Shown here: in pieces, positions 9,637 through 19,819 of the stretch
Position numbering within the stretch: position 1 is the first letter of the stretch
How the letters are laid out: the number at the start of each line of letters is the position of its first letter
From: Anaerolineae bacterium
GTDB lineage: Bacteria; Chloroflexota; Anaerolineae; UBA1429
Direction of reading: 5' to 3'
Assembly (NCBI GenBank): GCA_041685915.1
Contig: JAWLEV010000004.1
Location: forward strand, 1 to 62,120
Length of the DNA stretch: 62,120 bases
Position numbers and translations under genes: made by a program
Notes under the pieces: generated by a model
What the model saw: the letters and a program-made list of their open reading frames with translations, nothing else
Told to the model about the DNA's origin: nothing
Databases searched by the model: none

Positions 9637-10242
9637 CTAGCTGCTGTGTTCCGATTCATATCTTAGACGGAATTTCTCGGGTAAAAGTTCCTTGTGTTCG
9701 AGGAAATAGTCCCGGAGCTTTTTTCTGCCGCGATTGATACGCGATTTGACCGTTCCCAGAGGCACTGACGTGACCTGAGCGATCTCCTCATAGCTCATAT
9801 CCTGTATATCGGCCATGATCACCGCCACGCGCTGCTCATAGGGCAGCGTATTGAGCCCCTGCTGGATGCTCATACCCAGTTCTTCCCGTATGAGGCCGTT
9901 CTCTGCGGACTCGTCGTGATCCTCCAGGATATCGCTATGTTCTGGATTCTCGACGAGGTCGTCGACCGGGGTGCTGGGGTGGCGCTGTTTGTCACGAAGT
10001 ATGTCATAGCAGCAATTGGTCGTGATGCGCAGGAGCCAGGCTTTGAACGAACCGCCCCGGAACTGATCCAGGGCGCGATAGGCACGCAGAAAGGCATTCT
10101 GCGTGGCGTCCATGGCCCTGTCATAGTCGCCAAGGATACGATAGGCGACGTTATAGGCGAGCTGCTCGTAGGAACGCACAAGTTGGTTGAACGCTTCTAC
10201 GTCGCCCTGTTGAGCAGTCTCGATGATTTCCTTTTCGTCCAT
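9637..10242 (-). CDS. ECF RNA polymerase sigma factor (SigW/RpoE-like)
   Basis: GDVEAFNQLV, SFKAWLLRI, SYEEIA, GTVKSRINRGR. Confidence 0.93.
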   Translation of the reverse strand: MDEKEIIETAQQGDVEAFNQLVRSYEQLAYNVAYRILGDYDRAMDATQNAFLRAYRALDQFRGGSFKAWLLRITTNCCYDILRDKQRHPSTPVDDLVENPEHSDILEDHDESAENGLIREELGMSIQQGLNTLPYEQRVAVIMADIQDMSYEEIAQVTSVPLGTVKSRINRGRKKLRDYFLEHKELLPEKFRLRYESEHSS

Positions 10243-10304
10243 GACCTTCCATTGTTGGCAGTCGCTTGAGCGTGTGTCGGTTGGTGGTACGGATGCCCAG
10301 AGAT

Positions 10305-10333
10305 TTGACGGGGCAGTCCAATCTATCTATACT
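10305..10333 (+). promoter_or_regulatory. Sigma70 promoter for tRNA-Leu
   Basis: TTGACG-N17-TATACT ending 14 nt upstream of the tRNA. Confidence 0.7.
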
Positions 10334-10347
10334 CTTTTTTGGATCCA

Positions 10348-10430
10348 GCCGAAGTGGCGGAACGGAATACGCGGTGGTCTCAAAAACCACTGGAGGCAAC
10401 TCCGTGTGGGTTCGAATCCCACCTTCGGCA
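10348..10430 (+). tRNA. tRNA-Leu (CAA)
   Basis: GCCGAAG/CTTCGGC acceptor stem, GTGGT-CTCAAAA-ACCAC anticodon arm, long variable arm, GGTTCGAATCC T-arm; CCA not encoded. Confidence 0.95.
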
Positions 10431-10621
10431 TGATGATACTTTAGAAGGTATCTCTTGGCAAGCTGGGAAAGCGTTTTTCACTATATGAATGGGGGACGGG
10501 GTTGCCCGCCAATGCGATGAGGCGGCAACCCCATTTCTATGTCCCGTCATTCTTGTGAAAGTCCCTTTTCCTCTTATAGTGCGGATTACTTGCGGCGAAA
10601 TGTGTGAAAGGAGTTGACAAT

Positions 10622-11542
10622 ATGACCCTCGTATCGACCAAGGAGATGCTTCGGGCGGCTGTGGAAGGCCACTATGCCGTCGGGGCCTTCAATGCCAACA
10701 ATATGGAGCAGGTACAGGCCATTGTAGAGGCCGCTGTGGAGGAGCGCGCACCGGTGATTTTGCAGGTAAGCCAGGGTGCGATCCGCTATGCGGGGCTGGA
10801 GACGGCCGCTGCCCTGGTGAAGGTGATCGGCGGGAGGACGGACGTTCCTGTGGCGTTGCACCTGGATCATGGCACCGACTTTGCTCAGAACGTGCGCTGC
10901 CTGCGAGCGGGCTTTACCTCGCTGATGTTCGATGGCTCCAAGCTACCCTATGAGGAGAACGTCGCCACTACTGCCAGGATCGCCGAGATCGCACATATCG
11001 TGGATATCCCGGTGGAGGCCGAGTTGGGGCGCGTGCTGCAATCGGAGGACGACGTCACGCCCGAAGAAGTCGAGGCGGCCATGACGGATCCCGATCAGGC
11101 GGTGGACTTTGTGGCGCGCACCGGCTGTGATTCGCTGGCCGTGGCCATAGGATCGGTGCATGCCATGAAAGACGCCGAGGCCGAACTGGATATCGAGCGC
11201 CTCAAGGCGATTCGGGAGAAGGTGGATATCCCCTTTGTCCTCCACGGTTCCTCTGGTGTAAAGGAGGATAGCGAGGTGGCGGCCATCGAGCACGGTATCG
11301 CCAAGATCAATGTGGCCACCATGCTCAACCAGGGCTTTGTGCGGGGCCTCAAGGAAGGGATGGAAGAGATGCCCGATAACGTGGATCCCCGCAAGTTCCT
11401 GGCCTATTCCCGCGAGAACGTAAAAGATGTGGTGCGGCACAAGATCCGCCTCTTTGGCAGCAATGATCAGATTACTTCCAGCGGCTTTGCGAGCCCCTCG
11501 ACCATGCATCGTAGTGCGGATCTCGGTGGGTTGGAGGAGTAG
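10622..11542 (+). CDS. fba: Class II fructose-bisphosphate aldolase
   Basis: YAVGAFN, LHLDHG, SLMFDGS, VEAELG, VLHGSSG, KINVAT. Confidence 0.92.
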   Translation: MTLVSTKEMLRAAVEGHYAVGAFNANNMEQVQAIVEAAVEERAPVILQVSQGAIRYAGLETAAALVKVIGGRTDVPVALHLDHGTDFAQNVRCLRAGFTSLMFDGSKLPYEENVATTARIAEIAHIVDIPVEAELGRVLQSEDDVTPEEVEAAMTDPDQAVDFVARTGCDSLAVAIGSVHAMKDAEAELDIERLKAIREKVDIPFVLHGSSGVKEDSEVAAIEHGIAKINVATMLNQGFVRGLKEGMEEMPDNVDPRKFLAYSRENVKDVVRHKIRLFGSNDQITSSGFASPSTMHRSADLGGLEE

Positions 11543-11573
11543 CGGACCGATCTTTTAGGCAGTAGTTCGTAGG

Positions 11574-11624
11574 GACGCCATGGAAAGCATTCCGTGATGC
11601 TTTCCATGGCGTCTTGTTCTTTTT
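11574..11624 (+). terminator. Intrinsic terminator after fba
   Basis: GACGCCATGGAAAGCAT...ATGCTTTCCATGGCGTC perfect stem followed by TTGTTCTTTTT. Confidence 0.85.
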
Positions 11625-11759
11625 GTGCATGGTAGAGTTCTGTAAAGGACGAATGGTCTCTATGGAGACGATTTTGCGCCATGAGCAGGATGGGCCTTGA
11701 CGCGGAGGGTCTTGGACGTTAGGATATGCACAATGTGACGATGAAAGACGGGAGAAAGG

Positions 11760-12716
11760 ATGAGGATCGCGACACATATTGGGGAGCCTACTGACTCCAA
11801 GTTGAGATTGGCCAGGCAGATGGGACTGAGCGACATCGTGTCTGGCCCTCCGCGTACGACGTCGGGTGATTTGCCCACGGTAAAGGATTGGGAGCGTTTG
11901 AGACGAGAGATCGAGAGCCACGGACTCACCCTCTCGGTGATCGAGAGTATTCGTCTCTCGGACAGGGCCATGCTGGGCCAGCCGGGGCGCGATGAGGATA
12001 TTCAGGCCTTCTGTCAATCCGTCCTGCGCATGGGCGCGGCTGGCATACCCATCCTCTGCTATGGGTGGGCACCGACGCTTCACGTGCTGAGAACGTCTCG
12101 GACCAAGCGGGTCAGGGGCGACGCGCGAGCCACGGCCTATGAGCATCATCTGCTCGAGAATGCCCCCCTTACCAAGGCGGGAGAGGTCAGTGCGGAGCAA
12201 TTGTGGGAGAGCCTGGCGTATTTTCTGGAGATCGTCGTGCCGGTGGCCGAGGAGGCCGGCGTCAAACTGGCCATGCATCCCAATGATCCGCCCATCTCGC
12301 CCATTCGGGACATGGCGCGCATCATGAGCACGCCCGAGGCTTTTCAAAAGTTGATCGAGCTGGTGCCCAGCCCCAATAACGGGATCACCTTCTGTCAGGG
12401 ATGCTTCGCCGAGATGGGGGTGGATGTGCCCGAGACCATCCGGCACTTTGGGGAACAGAACAGGATCTTTTTTGCGCATTTTCGGAATGTCAGGGGCGCG
12501 GTCCCTAGTTTTCACGAGACCTTTCATGATGAGGGCGATACGGACATGTTCGCCGCCCTAAGGGCCTACTGTGACGTCGGTTTTGATGGTCCCATGCGTC
12601 CCGATCACTATCCGGCCATGGAAGGGGAAAAAGTGGGCGAGTGGCGTATCAAGGGGCGGCTTTTTGCCGTGGGCTATGTGAAGGGGCTGCTGGAAGGTGT
12701 GCAAAAGATGGATTAG
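11760..12716 (+). CDS. uxuA: Mannonate dehydratase family protein
   Basis: VIESI, HPNDPP, NGITFCQG, HFRNV, MRPDH motifs. Confidence 0.85.
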   Translation: MRIATHIGEPTDSKLRLARQMGLSDIVSGPPRTTSGDLPTVKDWERLRREIESHGLTLSVIESIRLSDRAMLGQPGRDEDIQAFCQSVLRMGAAGIPILCYGWAPTLHVLRTSRTKRVRGDARATAYEHHLLENAPLTKAGEVSAEQLWESLAYFLEIVVPVAEEAGVKLAMHPNDPPISPIRDMARIMSTPEAFQKLIELVPSPNNGITFCQGCFAEMGVDVPETIRHFGEQNRIFFAHFRNVRGAVPSFHETFHDEGDTDMFAALRAYCDVGFDGPMRPDHYPAMEGEKVGEWRIKGRLFAVGYVKGLLEGVQKMD

Positions 12717-12783
12717 ATGGTACCTTTCAGTTCAGGTCGGATATTCGTGATCGATAAATCATAATCTGAAGGAGGAGTTTTTG

Positions 12784-13869
12784 GTGACCCTGTTTGACCC
12801 TCTAACCGTAGGTGATCTGCATCTTTTGAATCGGATCATGCGCTCGGCGACTGCTGAATTCCTGGCAGATAGAGAGACAGGAGCCCCCACGCCAGAGATG
12901 GGCCATATATACCGCGAACTGGCCGCGGGAGGGGTGGGGCTGATCGTGACGGGGCATGCGTGTGTCTCCTTTTCCGGTCGCGCCCATGCGCGCATGGCTG
13001 CCATGGCCAGCGATGATCTCATATCTCCTTGGCGGGAGGTCATTCGTCCGGCCCAGGAGGCCGGGGGGCGGATGATGATGCAGATCAACCACGCGGGAGC
13101 GAACGCGGATCCGGAAGTGACACCCCGTCCTCTTTCCCCTTCTGGGGTGGCGACCAACGATCTCGTGGAACCACGGGCCATGTCCGAGGAGGAGATTGGC
13201 AAAGTCATAGTGGAGTTCGGTGAGGCCGCTCGCCGTGCGCGGGAGGCGGGCTTTGACGGTGTGCAGATACACGGTGCACATGGTTATCTCGTTACCCAGT
13301 TTCTGACGCCGGAGACGAACCTTCGGGAGGATCGCTGGGGAGGGGATGAGGAGCGGAGGAGCGCCTTCTTGAAAGCCGTCGTTGCCGAGGTGCGGCGTCA
13401 GGTGGGACCTGATTACCCTGTGTGGATCAAGCTCGGCGTGGCCGGACGTGAAAGCAGCGGGCTGGATATGGAGGAGGGCGCCAGGATAGCGGCCCGATGC
13501 GCCACCTATGGCATCGACTGTGTGGAGATAAGCTTTGCTCTCGGTCGGCCAGAGTGGATAGATATCTCTGTCGAGGCACCCTTGCGTCCTCTGGCCAAAG
13601 CCGTGCGCGATGCTGTAGGACCTGACTACCCCCTCAGTCTGGTCTATGGCTTTCGTACGTGCCAGTGTATGGAGCGCGTGTTGAACGATGAGGTGGTGCA
13701 GTTGATCAGTCTCTGTCGCCCCTTTATCGCCGAGCCCGACCTCGTGCACAAGATGGAACGAGGTCTTGCTCAGGAGGTCGCCTGTGTGCGCTGCGATCTT
13801 TGCCATCCTGGAGAAGGAGAGGAGGGCATCGCCTGCCGAAACGAGCAGGTGCTGGAGGATCTATCGTAG
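12784..13869 (+). CDS. NADH:flavin oxidoreductase (old yellow enzyme family) with C-terminal Cys cluster
   Basis: NRIMRSAT, GGVGLIVTG, QINHAG, IHGAHGYL, CVRCDLC. Confidence 0.9.
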   Translation: MTLFDPLTVGDLHLLNRIMRSATAEFLADRETGAPTPEMGHIYRELAAGGVGLIVTGHACVSFSGRAHARMAAMASDDLISPWREVIRPAQEAGGRMMMQINHAGANADPEVTPRPLSPSGVATNDLVEPRAMSEEEIGKVIVEFGEAARRAREAGFDGVQIHGAHGYLVTQFLTPETNLREDRWGGDEERRSAFLKAVVAEVRRQVGPDYPVWIKLGVAGRESSGLDMEEGARIAARCATYGIDCVEISFALGRPEWIDISVEAPLRPLAKAVRDAVGPDYPLSLVYGFRTCQCMERVLNDEVVQLISLCRPFIAEPDLVHKMERGLAQEVACVRCDLCHPGEGEEGIACRNEQVLEDLS

Positions 13870-13928
13870 AGAATCGTTTATTCGCGCATAGCCCGGAAAT
13901 GATTTGCCTGATGTCGCAGGATTGAAGG

Positions 13929-16900
13929 ATGGGAAAAGGCGTGCAGCGATCCTTGTGGTGGTGTGAAACATGTGTGCTATGTGTCTTCCTGGTCTTGACT
14001 GGCGGGTGTGTCAAGGAAGCGAGGGGGACACCGACTGTAGCCTTCCCCATCGCATCCTCCACCCCTGCGAGATCCCCCTCGCTCACAGCATCTCCCAGTC
14101 CCGTCATATCTCCCTCTCTCACGGCGTCTCCCAGTTCCAGAGTGTCCCCCGCTCCCTCACCCACACCCCAGGAGTCTCTGCCTTCCGTGCTCGCGGAACT
14201 GGATTTAGGGCCGGCGGTGGGCAACGCCTACGATCCAACGGCGCTGGCCGTGGATGGCGATACCGTCTACGTTCTCTGTCGCCACCACGGGACCCCCGAT
14301 GCCGAGGGCGCCTGTGTGGCGGTCGTAGATCTTGACGCGGGCACTGTGCGGGATGTCTGGGGCCTATCCGGAACGCCGACGGGCCCCTTGGCTGCTGGAG
14401 GAGGATGGGTCTATCTGGTCTGCGAGAAGGCAGATGGGGAATATCTCCTTGCCCTGGATGCCGCCGATGGCCAACAGGTGTATGATGTCGATCTGCGCTC
14501 TACCGGATACGTGGACGGGATGTGGATGGATGCCCGGCGGGGACGCCTGTACGTGTCCTTGCCCGATCGCTTGCAGGTTCGTGATCCCCAAGGACTCGAC
14601 ATAATAGATGACCTTGTGTATCCTTCCAGGGACGCGGAGCGGGGCGTGGCGTTGACGGGGGACATGGATATCCTGTTCGTCTCCTTCTCCAATACCGTCT
14701 ATGCCTATACGTTGCCAGAGATGATCCCTCTGTGGGAAGTGGAGATGCCGCTGGAGACCGTGCGTGCTCTGATTATGGAGAGTAGTGGCCAGTTTTTGAT
14801 GGCCCAGGGGCCCTCAGCGCAAGGGGAAGAGGCGTCCTCGGTACTCTTTTACGGTTTGGATGAGGGTGTTTTGCAGGAGGAACTCACACTTGTTGACGAT
14901 CAGGAGGGCGAACTGGTGTGGGGCGATGTTTCGTCGGAGCGTCTCGTGTTCGCCCGTACCACCTATCCTCCGACCCAGCCTTACCTTTTGCAACTGTGGG
15001 GCACCGATCTGACGGGGGAGGGGACAGGTGAGACGTTGCCATTCGCGGGGGGTGTCCTGGCCGATGAACAAGGTGATGGGGCACGCCTCTACGTTCTGGA
15101 TCGACGGGGACATGGGGCGGTCGGCGTCGACGGTGTCACGCTGGAGATCGAAAAGTCGATACAGTTGGGCGTTGAAATCTATGATCTGATTGTGGATCGT
15201 GATAGAGGGAGCCTGTACGTAAACGATACGGGCGGCGTCGTCTATGAGGTGGATATGACCCATTGCCAGGAAGGGACGCTCAGCGTGGATCGTGCGATGT
15301 CGGCAGGCGGAGATGAGATGGTTCTGGATGACCAGAACGACCTCCTGCTCGTGGGCCAGGGCGATGGTTCGCGGGTCAGCGTCGTCGATGTGGATAGTCT
15401 CCAGATATCCCATGTCATCACGGGGGGAGATCGCGTCGCTCTGGACACGCGGCGGGCGCGGGCTCTCGTCGGAGCGGAGGGGGATGTGTATCAACTCGAG
15501 GAGGGGGAGATCCAGGTCTGGGACCTGGTGCAGGGCGAACATGTGGGCGTCATCCCCGAGGGGGGTGTGCCCGCTTACAATGCTCTGCGGGACGAGATAT
15601 ATGTGGCTGCGTATGGTGCACACGTGTACGACGGCGATAGCCTTGAATGGATCGATTCCCTGACCCCCGATATCGATGCCCAGTCCTGTCCTGGTTGTAC
15701 GGGAAGTCAGTTCGTGCGCGATCTGGAGGTACGTCCCGCCCTTGGTGTGTTGTCTATGGTTGTGACGATGTGGGGTAAAGGCCCCGGCACGATTCCCACG
15801 CCAAAAATTTACTCCCTCGATACGCTGGCACCCGTGACCCATACCGTCAGCGTTTTGGCCGGTGTGAATGGGGAAGGTGTATTGCTTCCGCCTGTGGGCG
15901 ACCGTATCTATGAGAATGTGCGCTACATGCGTGACGCCTCACACGCGAACCTGTTCGTCCGCGACGTTGAGAGCGGCGAGGTCATCTCCTGGCGTGATGG
16001 CCTTCTCTTGGAGTTGCTCTCGCCGGATGGTACTCGAGGTTTTGTGCCCCGCGATGGCCGCTGGCTGGTGCTGGATACGGAGACGTGGACCCCGTTGGGC
16101 TATATACCCCGCTATCACGTACATAGCTATGATGAGAGCCTTGATCTGTTCTATGCTCTGGAGGGCTCCCGGTTGGTGGTGTTGCGTTCTCGTGGAGGAG
16201 AGCCCTCGGCTCCTGCCGCTTCCCAGCAAGCGTCCCTGCGGGGTGGCGTGTCGAGCCTACGCCTCTCGCCGCGCTATGATGAGCACAAGGCGCTCTTTGC
16301 CCTGAGCGAGAACGCCCTTTATCGTTCTCATTCGGATGGGCGTGACTGGAGGCGATTAGAGGGCGGGCTGCCACGTGCGCGACCTGGCGCGGATGCTCAT
16401 CTGGTGCTCGCCGTGTCTCCCGATTACGTGGATGATCACACGCTCTTTGTGGGGGGCTGGGATAGCGACGGCCAGGGTTTTGGCGTATGGCGCTCCCTCG
16501 ATGGGGGCGACACCTGGCAGCCCATGTGGCAGGGTCTAACCCATCTGCAGGTGGAGGAGATCGTCCTTTCGCGGGAATATGCTGCCGACGACACCCTTTT
16601 GGCCTATTGTCGCTATCGCGATCTGCGCTCCCGTGAGGCGGGTCGGTCCTTGTTCCGCTCCATGGATCGAGGAGAGACGTGGGAACTGGTTGCTCAGGTC
16701 GCTGAGGGAGAGAATCTTCCCCAGGCAGAGGTCTTGTTGGGCGAGGAATCGGAGGATGCAGCGCTTTGTGCGGCTGAGGGGAGCCGTATACTCACACGAG
16801 GGGACGACCCCGAGCGGACCGTTCTCTCTTTGCCGTCGGGGGAATTCGTGGTGGCAAAGGAAAAATCTCCCTTCTATGATCGCGATGGTACCGTGTACGT

Positions 16901-17126
16901 GCTTTCCTCTCTGAGCCTCTACCGTTCCACGGATGGGGGCGAGATATGGTCTCGGGCTCAGGGGACGCCCTTTGCTGGGCGGGAGTTGGAAGAGCGCTTT
17001 ACCGACCTGGATGTTAGTATGGAGGGAGAGGAACGGGTTCTGCTGGCATTGGGCGACCTCACGGGGCGGGTGTATCTGGTGCGGGCGGAGGAACTGGTTT
17101 GGGAGCCTGTCTCTGCCTCTCAATAG
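13929..17126 (+). CDS. Large secreted lipoprotein: YncE-like beta-propeller region plus BNR/Asp-box repeats
   Basis: LTGGC lipobox, Ser/Thr/Pro linker, repeated VSVVD/LYV strands, Asp-boxes RSLDGGDTW, RSMDRGETW, RSTDGGEIW. Confidence 0.7.
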   Translation: MGKGVQRSLWWCETCVLCVFLVLTGGCVKEARGTPTVAFPIASSTPARSPSLTASPSPVISPSLTASPSSRVSPAPSPTPQESLPSVLAELDLGPAVGNAYDPTALAVDGDTVYVLCRHHGTPDAEGACVAVVDLDAGTVRDVWGLSGTPTGPLAAGGGWVYLVCEKADGEYLLALDAADGQQVYDVDLRSTGYVDGMWMDARRGRLYVSLPDRLQVRDPQGLDIIDDLVYPSRDAERGVALTGDMDILFVSFSNTVYAYTLPEMIPLWEVEMPLETVRALIMESSGQFLMAQGPSAQGEEASSVLFYGLDEGVLQEELTLVDDQEGELVWGDVSSERLVFARTTYPPTQPYLLQLWGTDLTGEGTGETLPFAGGVLADEQGDGARLYVLDRRGHGAVGVDGVTLEIEKSIQLGVEIYDLIVDRDRGSLYVNDTGGVVYEVDMTHCQEGTLSVDRAMSAGGDEMVLDDQNDLLLVGQGDGSRVSVVDVDSLQISHVITGGDRVALDTRRARALVGAEGDVYQLEEGEIQVWDLVQGEHVGVIPEGGVPAYNALRDEIYVAAYGAHVYDGDSLEWIDSLTPDIDAQSCPGCTGSQFVRDLEVRPALGVLSMVVTMWGKGPGTIPTPKIYSLDTLAPVTHTVSVLAGVNGEGVLLPPVGDRIYENVRYMRDASHANLFVRDVESGEVISWRDGLLLELLSPDGTRGFVPRDGRWLVLDTETWTPLGYIPRYHVHSYDESLDLFYALEGSRLVVLRSRGGEPSAPAASQQASLRGGVSSLRLSPRYDEHKALFALSENALYRSHSDGRDWRRLEGGLPRARPGADAHLVLAVSPDYVDDHTLFVGGWDSDGQGFGVWRSLDGGDTWQPMWQGLTHLQVEEIVLSREYAADDTLLAYCRYRDLRSREAGRSLFRSMDRGETWELVAQVAEGENLPQAEVLLGEESEDAALCAAEGSRILTRGDDPERTVLSLPSGEFVVAKEKSPFYDRDGTVYVLSSLSLYRSTDGGEIWSRAQGTPFAGRELEERFTDLDVSMEGEERVLLALGDLTGRVYLVRAEELVWEPVSASQ

Positions 17127-17144
17127 GGAGGTCGGCGCGCCGTC

Positions 17145-17549
17145 CTAGGCTGTGTCGTGAGGGGATGGGGTTTGGCTTTGCATATGGGCGATGCCCCACA
17201 GCAGGAGGAACAGGACGCCCGGCGCTGCCACCAGCGCAAAGTAGGGACCACGGGGAAAGCGGCCATCAAAGCCCCACAGGATGAGGTAAAAGGCCAACAG
17301 ACTGCCCACCGTCATCGCGCCGCCCAGTCCCTCGCGCCACCAGGCCACTACAAGCCCCACACATACCCCCACGGGGAAAAGGGCCATGCCCAAGATCCCG
17401 CGGGGCGCTGTAGGCGGTGATCCTGTGTGTGAGGCGAGTTCGCCGCCCACTATCAACAGCACGAATCCCAGGCTGACGATACTCCAGACGCGCGCCACCC
17501 AACGGATGACGGGAGTTACAGGATCGGATTTCTCGTTGACCTTGCCCAT
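17145..17549 (-). CDS. Small 4-TM membrane protein of unknown function
   Basis: Four hydrophobic segments; AAGGAG RBS before ATG 17549; TGTTATAAT upstream. Confidence 0.7.
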   Translation of the reverse strand: MGKVNEKSDPVTPVIRWVARVWSIVSLGFVLLIVGGELASHTGSPPTAPRGILGMALFPVGVCVGLVVAWWREGLGGAMTVGSLLAFYLILWGFDGRFPRGPYFALVAAPGVLFLLLWGIAHMQSQTPSPHDTA

Positions 17550-17700
17550 ATCTCTCCTTCTGCTGATCATCTGATGCGCGGTTATTATAACATAGTAGAT
17601 CGTAGGTCGCCATGGAAACTTTGGCGGCAGGCTTGGTAAAAAGTTAGTCCCGGCTCTTAGACAGGACAGGATAGGAGCGATGTCGGATTGATTGGCTCAC

Positions 17701-17729
17701 TTGCCAATGCTTCTACCGCCTCGTACAAT
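17701..17729 (+). promoter_or_regulatory. Sigma70 promoter for AICAR transformylase gene
   Basis: TTGCCA-N17-TACAAT. Confidence 0.65.
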
Positions 17730-17776
17730 AAGCCAGTGTGTCTCATATAAAAATCTTTATAGCAAAGGAGGGATTT

Positions 17777-18949
17777 ATGTCCGGTGAGATGAGCCTGCGC
17801 TATGGTGTGAATCCTCACCAAAAACCGGCCCGCGTCTTTGTGGAGGAGGGCGACCTGCCCTTTGAGGCTCTGAACGGAAGGCCGGGCTATATCAACCTGT
17901 TGGACGCCCTGAACGGTTGGCAGTTGGTGCGCGAGTTAAAGGCCCTTCTTGGTCGACCTGCTGCTACCTCTTTCAAGCACGTCAGCCCGGCGGGGGCGGC
18001 CGTGGCCATGCCCCTGAGCGAGGCGGAAAAGAAGGCCTGCTTTGTGGAGGATCTGGATCTCTCGCCTCTGGCCACGGCCTATGCCCGCGCCCGAGGCGCC
18101 GACCGCATGTCTTCGTTTGGCGATTGGATCTCTCTGAGCGATCCCTGCGACGTGCCCACGGCCCGTGTCGTGCGCCGCGAGGTGTCGGATGGCATCATCG
18201 CCCCTGGTTACGAGCCGGACGCCCTAGAGATTCTCAAACAGAAGCGTAATGGCGGATATCGCATCCTGCAGATCGATCCCGAATACGAACCGCCCGAGAT
18301 GGAGAAGCGCACCCTTTTTGGTCTGACTCTGGAGCAGCCGCGTAACGATGTCGTGCTCTCCGAGGAATTGTTTGAGAATATTGTGACAGAGAACGAGAAT
18401 CTGCCCGCCTCGGGTCTCCGCGATCTCATCGTGGCTTCCGTGGCCCTCAAGTTCACACAGTCCAACTCTGTATGCTTCGCCTATAATGGTCAGGTGACGG
18501 GAGTGGGGGCGGGGCAGCAGTCCCGGGTGCACTGTACGCGCCTGGCGGCCTCCAAGTCCGACCTCTGGTTCCTGCGCCAGCATCCCCGTGTGCTGAACTT
18601 TCAGTTCGCTGAGGGCATTTCCCGGGCCCAAAAGAACAATGCCATCGACGTCTATTTTTTGGAAGAGATTTCTGAGGCCGAGGAGGAGGCCTGGGAAAAG
18701 GCTTTTAAGGTGGTTCCCGAGCGCCTCACGCCGGAGGAGAAAAGGGAATGGCTGGATCAGGTGAATGAAGTGGCTCTCAGCTCGGACGCCTTTTTCCCCT
18801 TCCGCGATTCCATCGATCGTGCCTCTCGTAGCGGTGTCAGTTACGTGGCCCAGCCCGGTGGCTCCTTGAACGACGAGGGCGTCATCGCGGCTTGCGATGA
18901 ATACGGGATGGTCATGTGCTTCACGGGCGTTCGCCTGTTCCACCACTAG
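17777..18949 (+). CDS. purH: AICAR transformylase (PurH C-terminal domain only)
   Basis: [54 protein letters not shown]. Confidence 0.92.
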   Translation: MSGEMSLRYGVNPHQKPARVFVEEGDLPFEALNGRPGYINLLDALNGWQLVRELKALLGRPAATSFKHVSPAGAAVAMPLSEAEKKACFVEDLDLSPLATAYARARGADRMSSFGDWISLSDPCDVPTARVVRREVSDGIIAPGYEPDALEILKQKRNGGYRILQIDPEYEPPEMEKRTLFGLTLEQPRNDVVLSEELFENIVTENENLPASGLRDLIVASVALKFTQSNSVCFAYNGQVTGVGAGQQSRVHCTRLAASKSDLWFLRQHPRVLNFQFAEGISRAQKNNAIDVYFLEEISEAEEEAWEKAFKVVPERLTPEEKREWLDQVNEVALSSDAFFPFRDSIDRASRSGVSYVAQPGGSLNDEGVIAACDEYGMVMCFTGVRLFHH

Positions 18950-18982
18950 ACATCTACGACGATAGGAGCATGAGGTAAGACG

Positions 18983-19792
18983 ATGATTGATGCGCACAGA
19001 GCGTATATCTACAAGACGACGGAGCATGCCAGGCTGTTCCTGTATTTGTATCTGCCGTCGGACTGGAAGAAAAGTGACCGCCGTGCGGGCATAGTCTTCT
19101 TTTTCGGGGGCGGCTGGCGGCAGGGCACGGCGAACCATTTCAGGCGTCAGGCCCAGTATCTGGCCGAGCGGGGCATGGTGACTGCCTGTACCGACTATCG
19201 CGTCAGGTCGCGCCAGAACGTGCTGCCGGACGCCTGCGTGGAGGATGCCAAGAGCGCCGTCCGCTGGATGCGCGCCCACGCTGACGAACTGGGGCTCGAT
19301 CCCGAGCGGTTGGTGGCCTCGGGCGGATCGGCGGGCGGTCATCTGGCGGCCTGCACGGCCACCATTGAGGGCTTTGAGGCGGAGGGGGAGGATGAGACGG
19401 TCTCCTCTGTCCCCAATGCCCTGGCCCTTTTCAATCCCGCATTGGATCTGTCCAGGGACCTTCCCGGTATTGTGGAGCGATTCGGCTCTATGGAGTTAGC
19501 CAGGGCGCTCTCCCCCAATCTCTACATCGAAGAGGGGCTGCCTCCGGCCGTGGTCTTTCATGGGGCAGACGACGCCGTGGTCCCGGTAGCGCAGTCGGAG
19601 TCCTTTGTGGCGTTGATGGAGGAGGCGGGGAACCGCGCCGAACTGCACATCGCCTCAGGCGAGGGGCACGGGTTCTTTAACCGTTCTCCATGGTTCGAAC
19701 GTACGCTGTATCGACTGGACCAGTTCCTCGCCTCATTCGGCTATCTGAAGGGGGAGCCGACCATTCCGGTGTTGGCGGAGGGGGAATGGTGA
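18983..19792 (+). CDS. Alpha/beta hydrolase (HSL-like esterase)
   Basis: FFGGGW, GGSAGG nucleophile, HGADD, GHGF. Confidence 0.9.
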   Translation: MIDAHRAYIYKTTEHARLFLYLYLPSDWKKSDRRAGIVFFFGGGWRQGTANHFRRQAQYLAERGMVTACTDYRVRSRQNVLPDACVEDAKSAVRWMRAHADELGLDPERLVASGGSAGGHLAACTATIEGFEAEGEDETVSSVPNALALFNPALDLSRDLPGIVERFGSMELARALSPNLYIEEGLPPAVVFHGADDAVVPVAQSESFVALMEEAGNRAELHIASGEGHGFFNRSPWFERTLYRLDQFLASFGYLKGEPTIPVLAEGEW

Positions 19793-19819
19793 CCTCCGTC
19801 GTGCGTGTATCTGAGATCC

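Noticed and set aside
10348-10560. tRNA-Leu (and tRNA-Gln at 37412) as island integration sites
   Set aside because: No integrase and no duplicated tRNA 3' end seen; the downstream hairpin (about 10487-10552) is explained as a terminator.
17575-17776. ZTP riboswitch before purH
   Set aside because: The promoter at 17701-17729 leaves about 40 nt of leader; no aptamer motifs.
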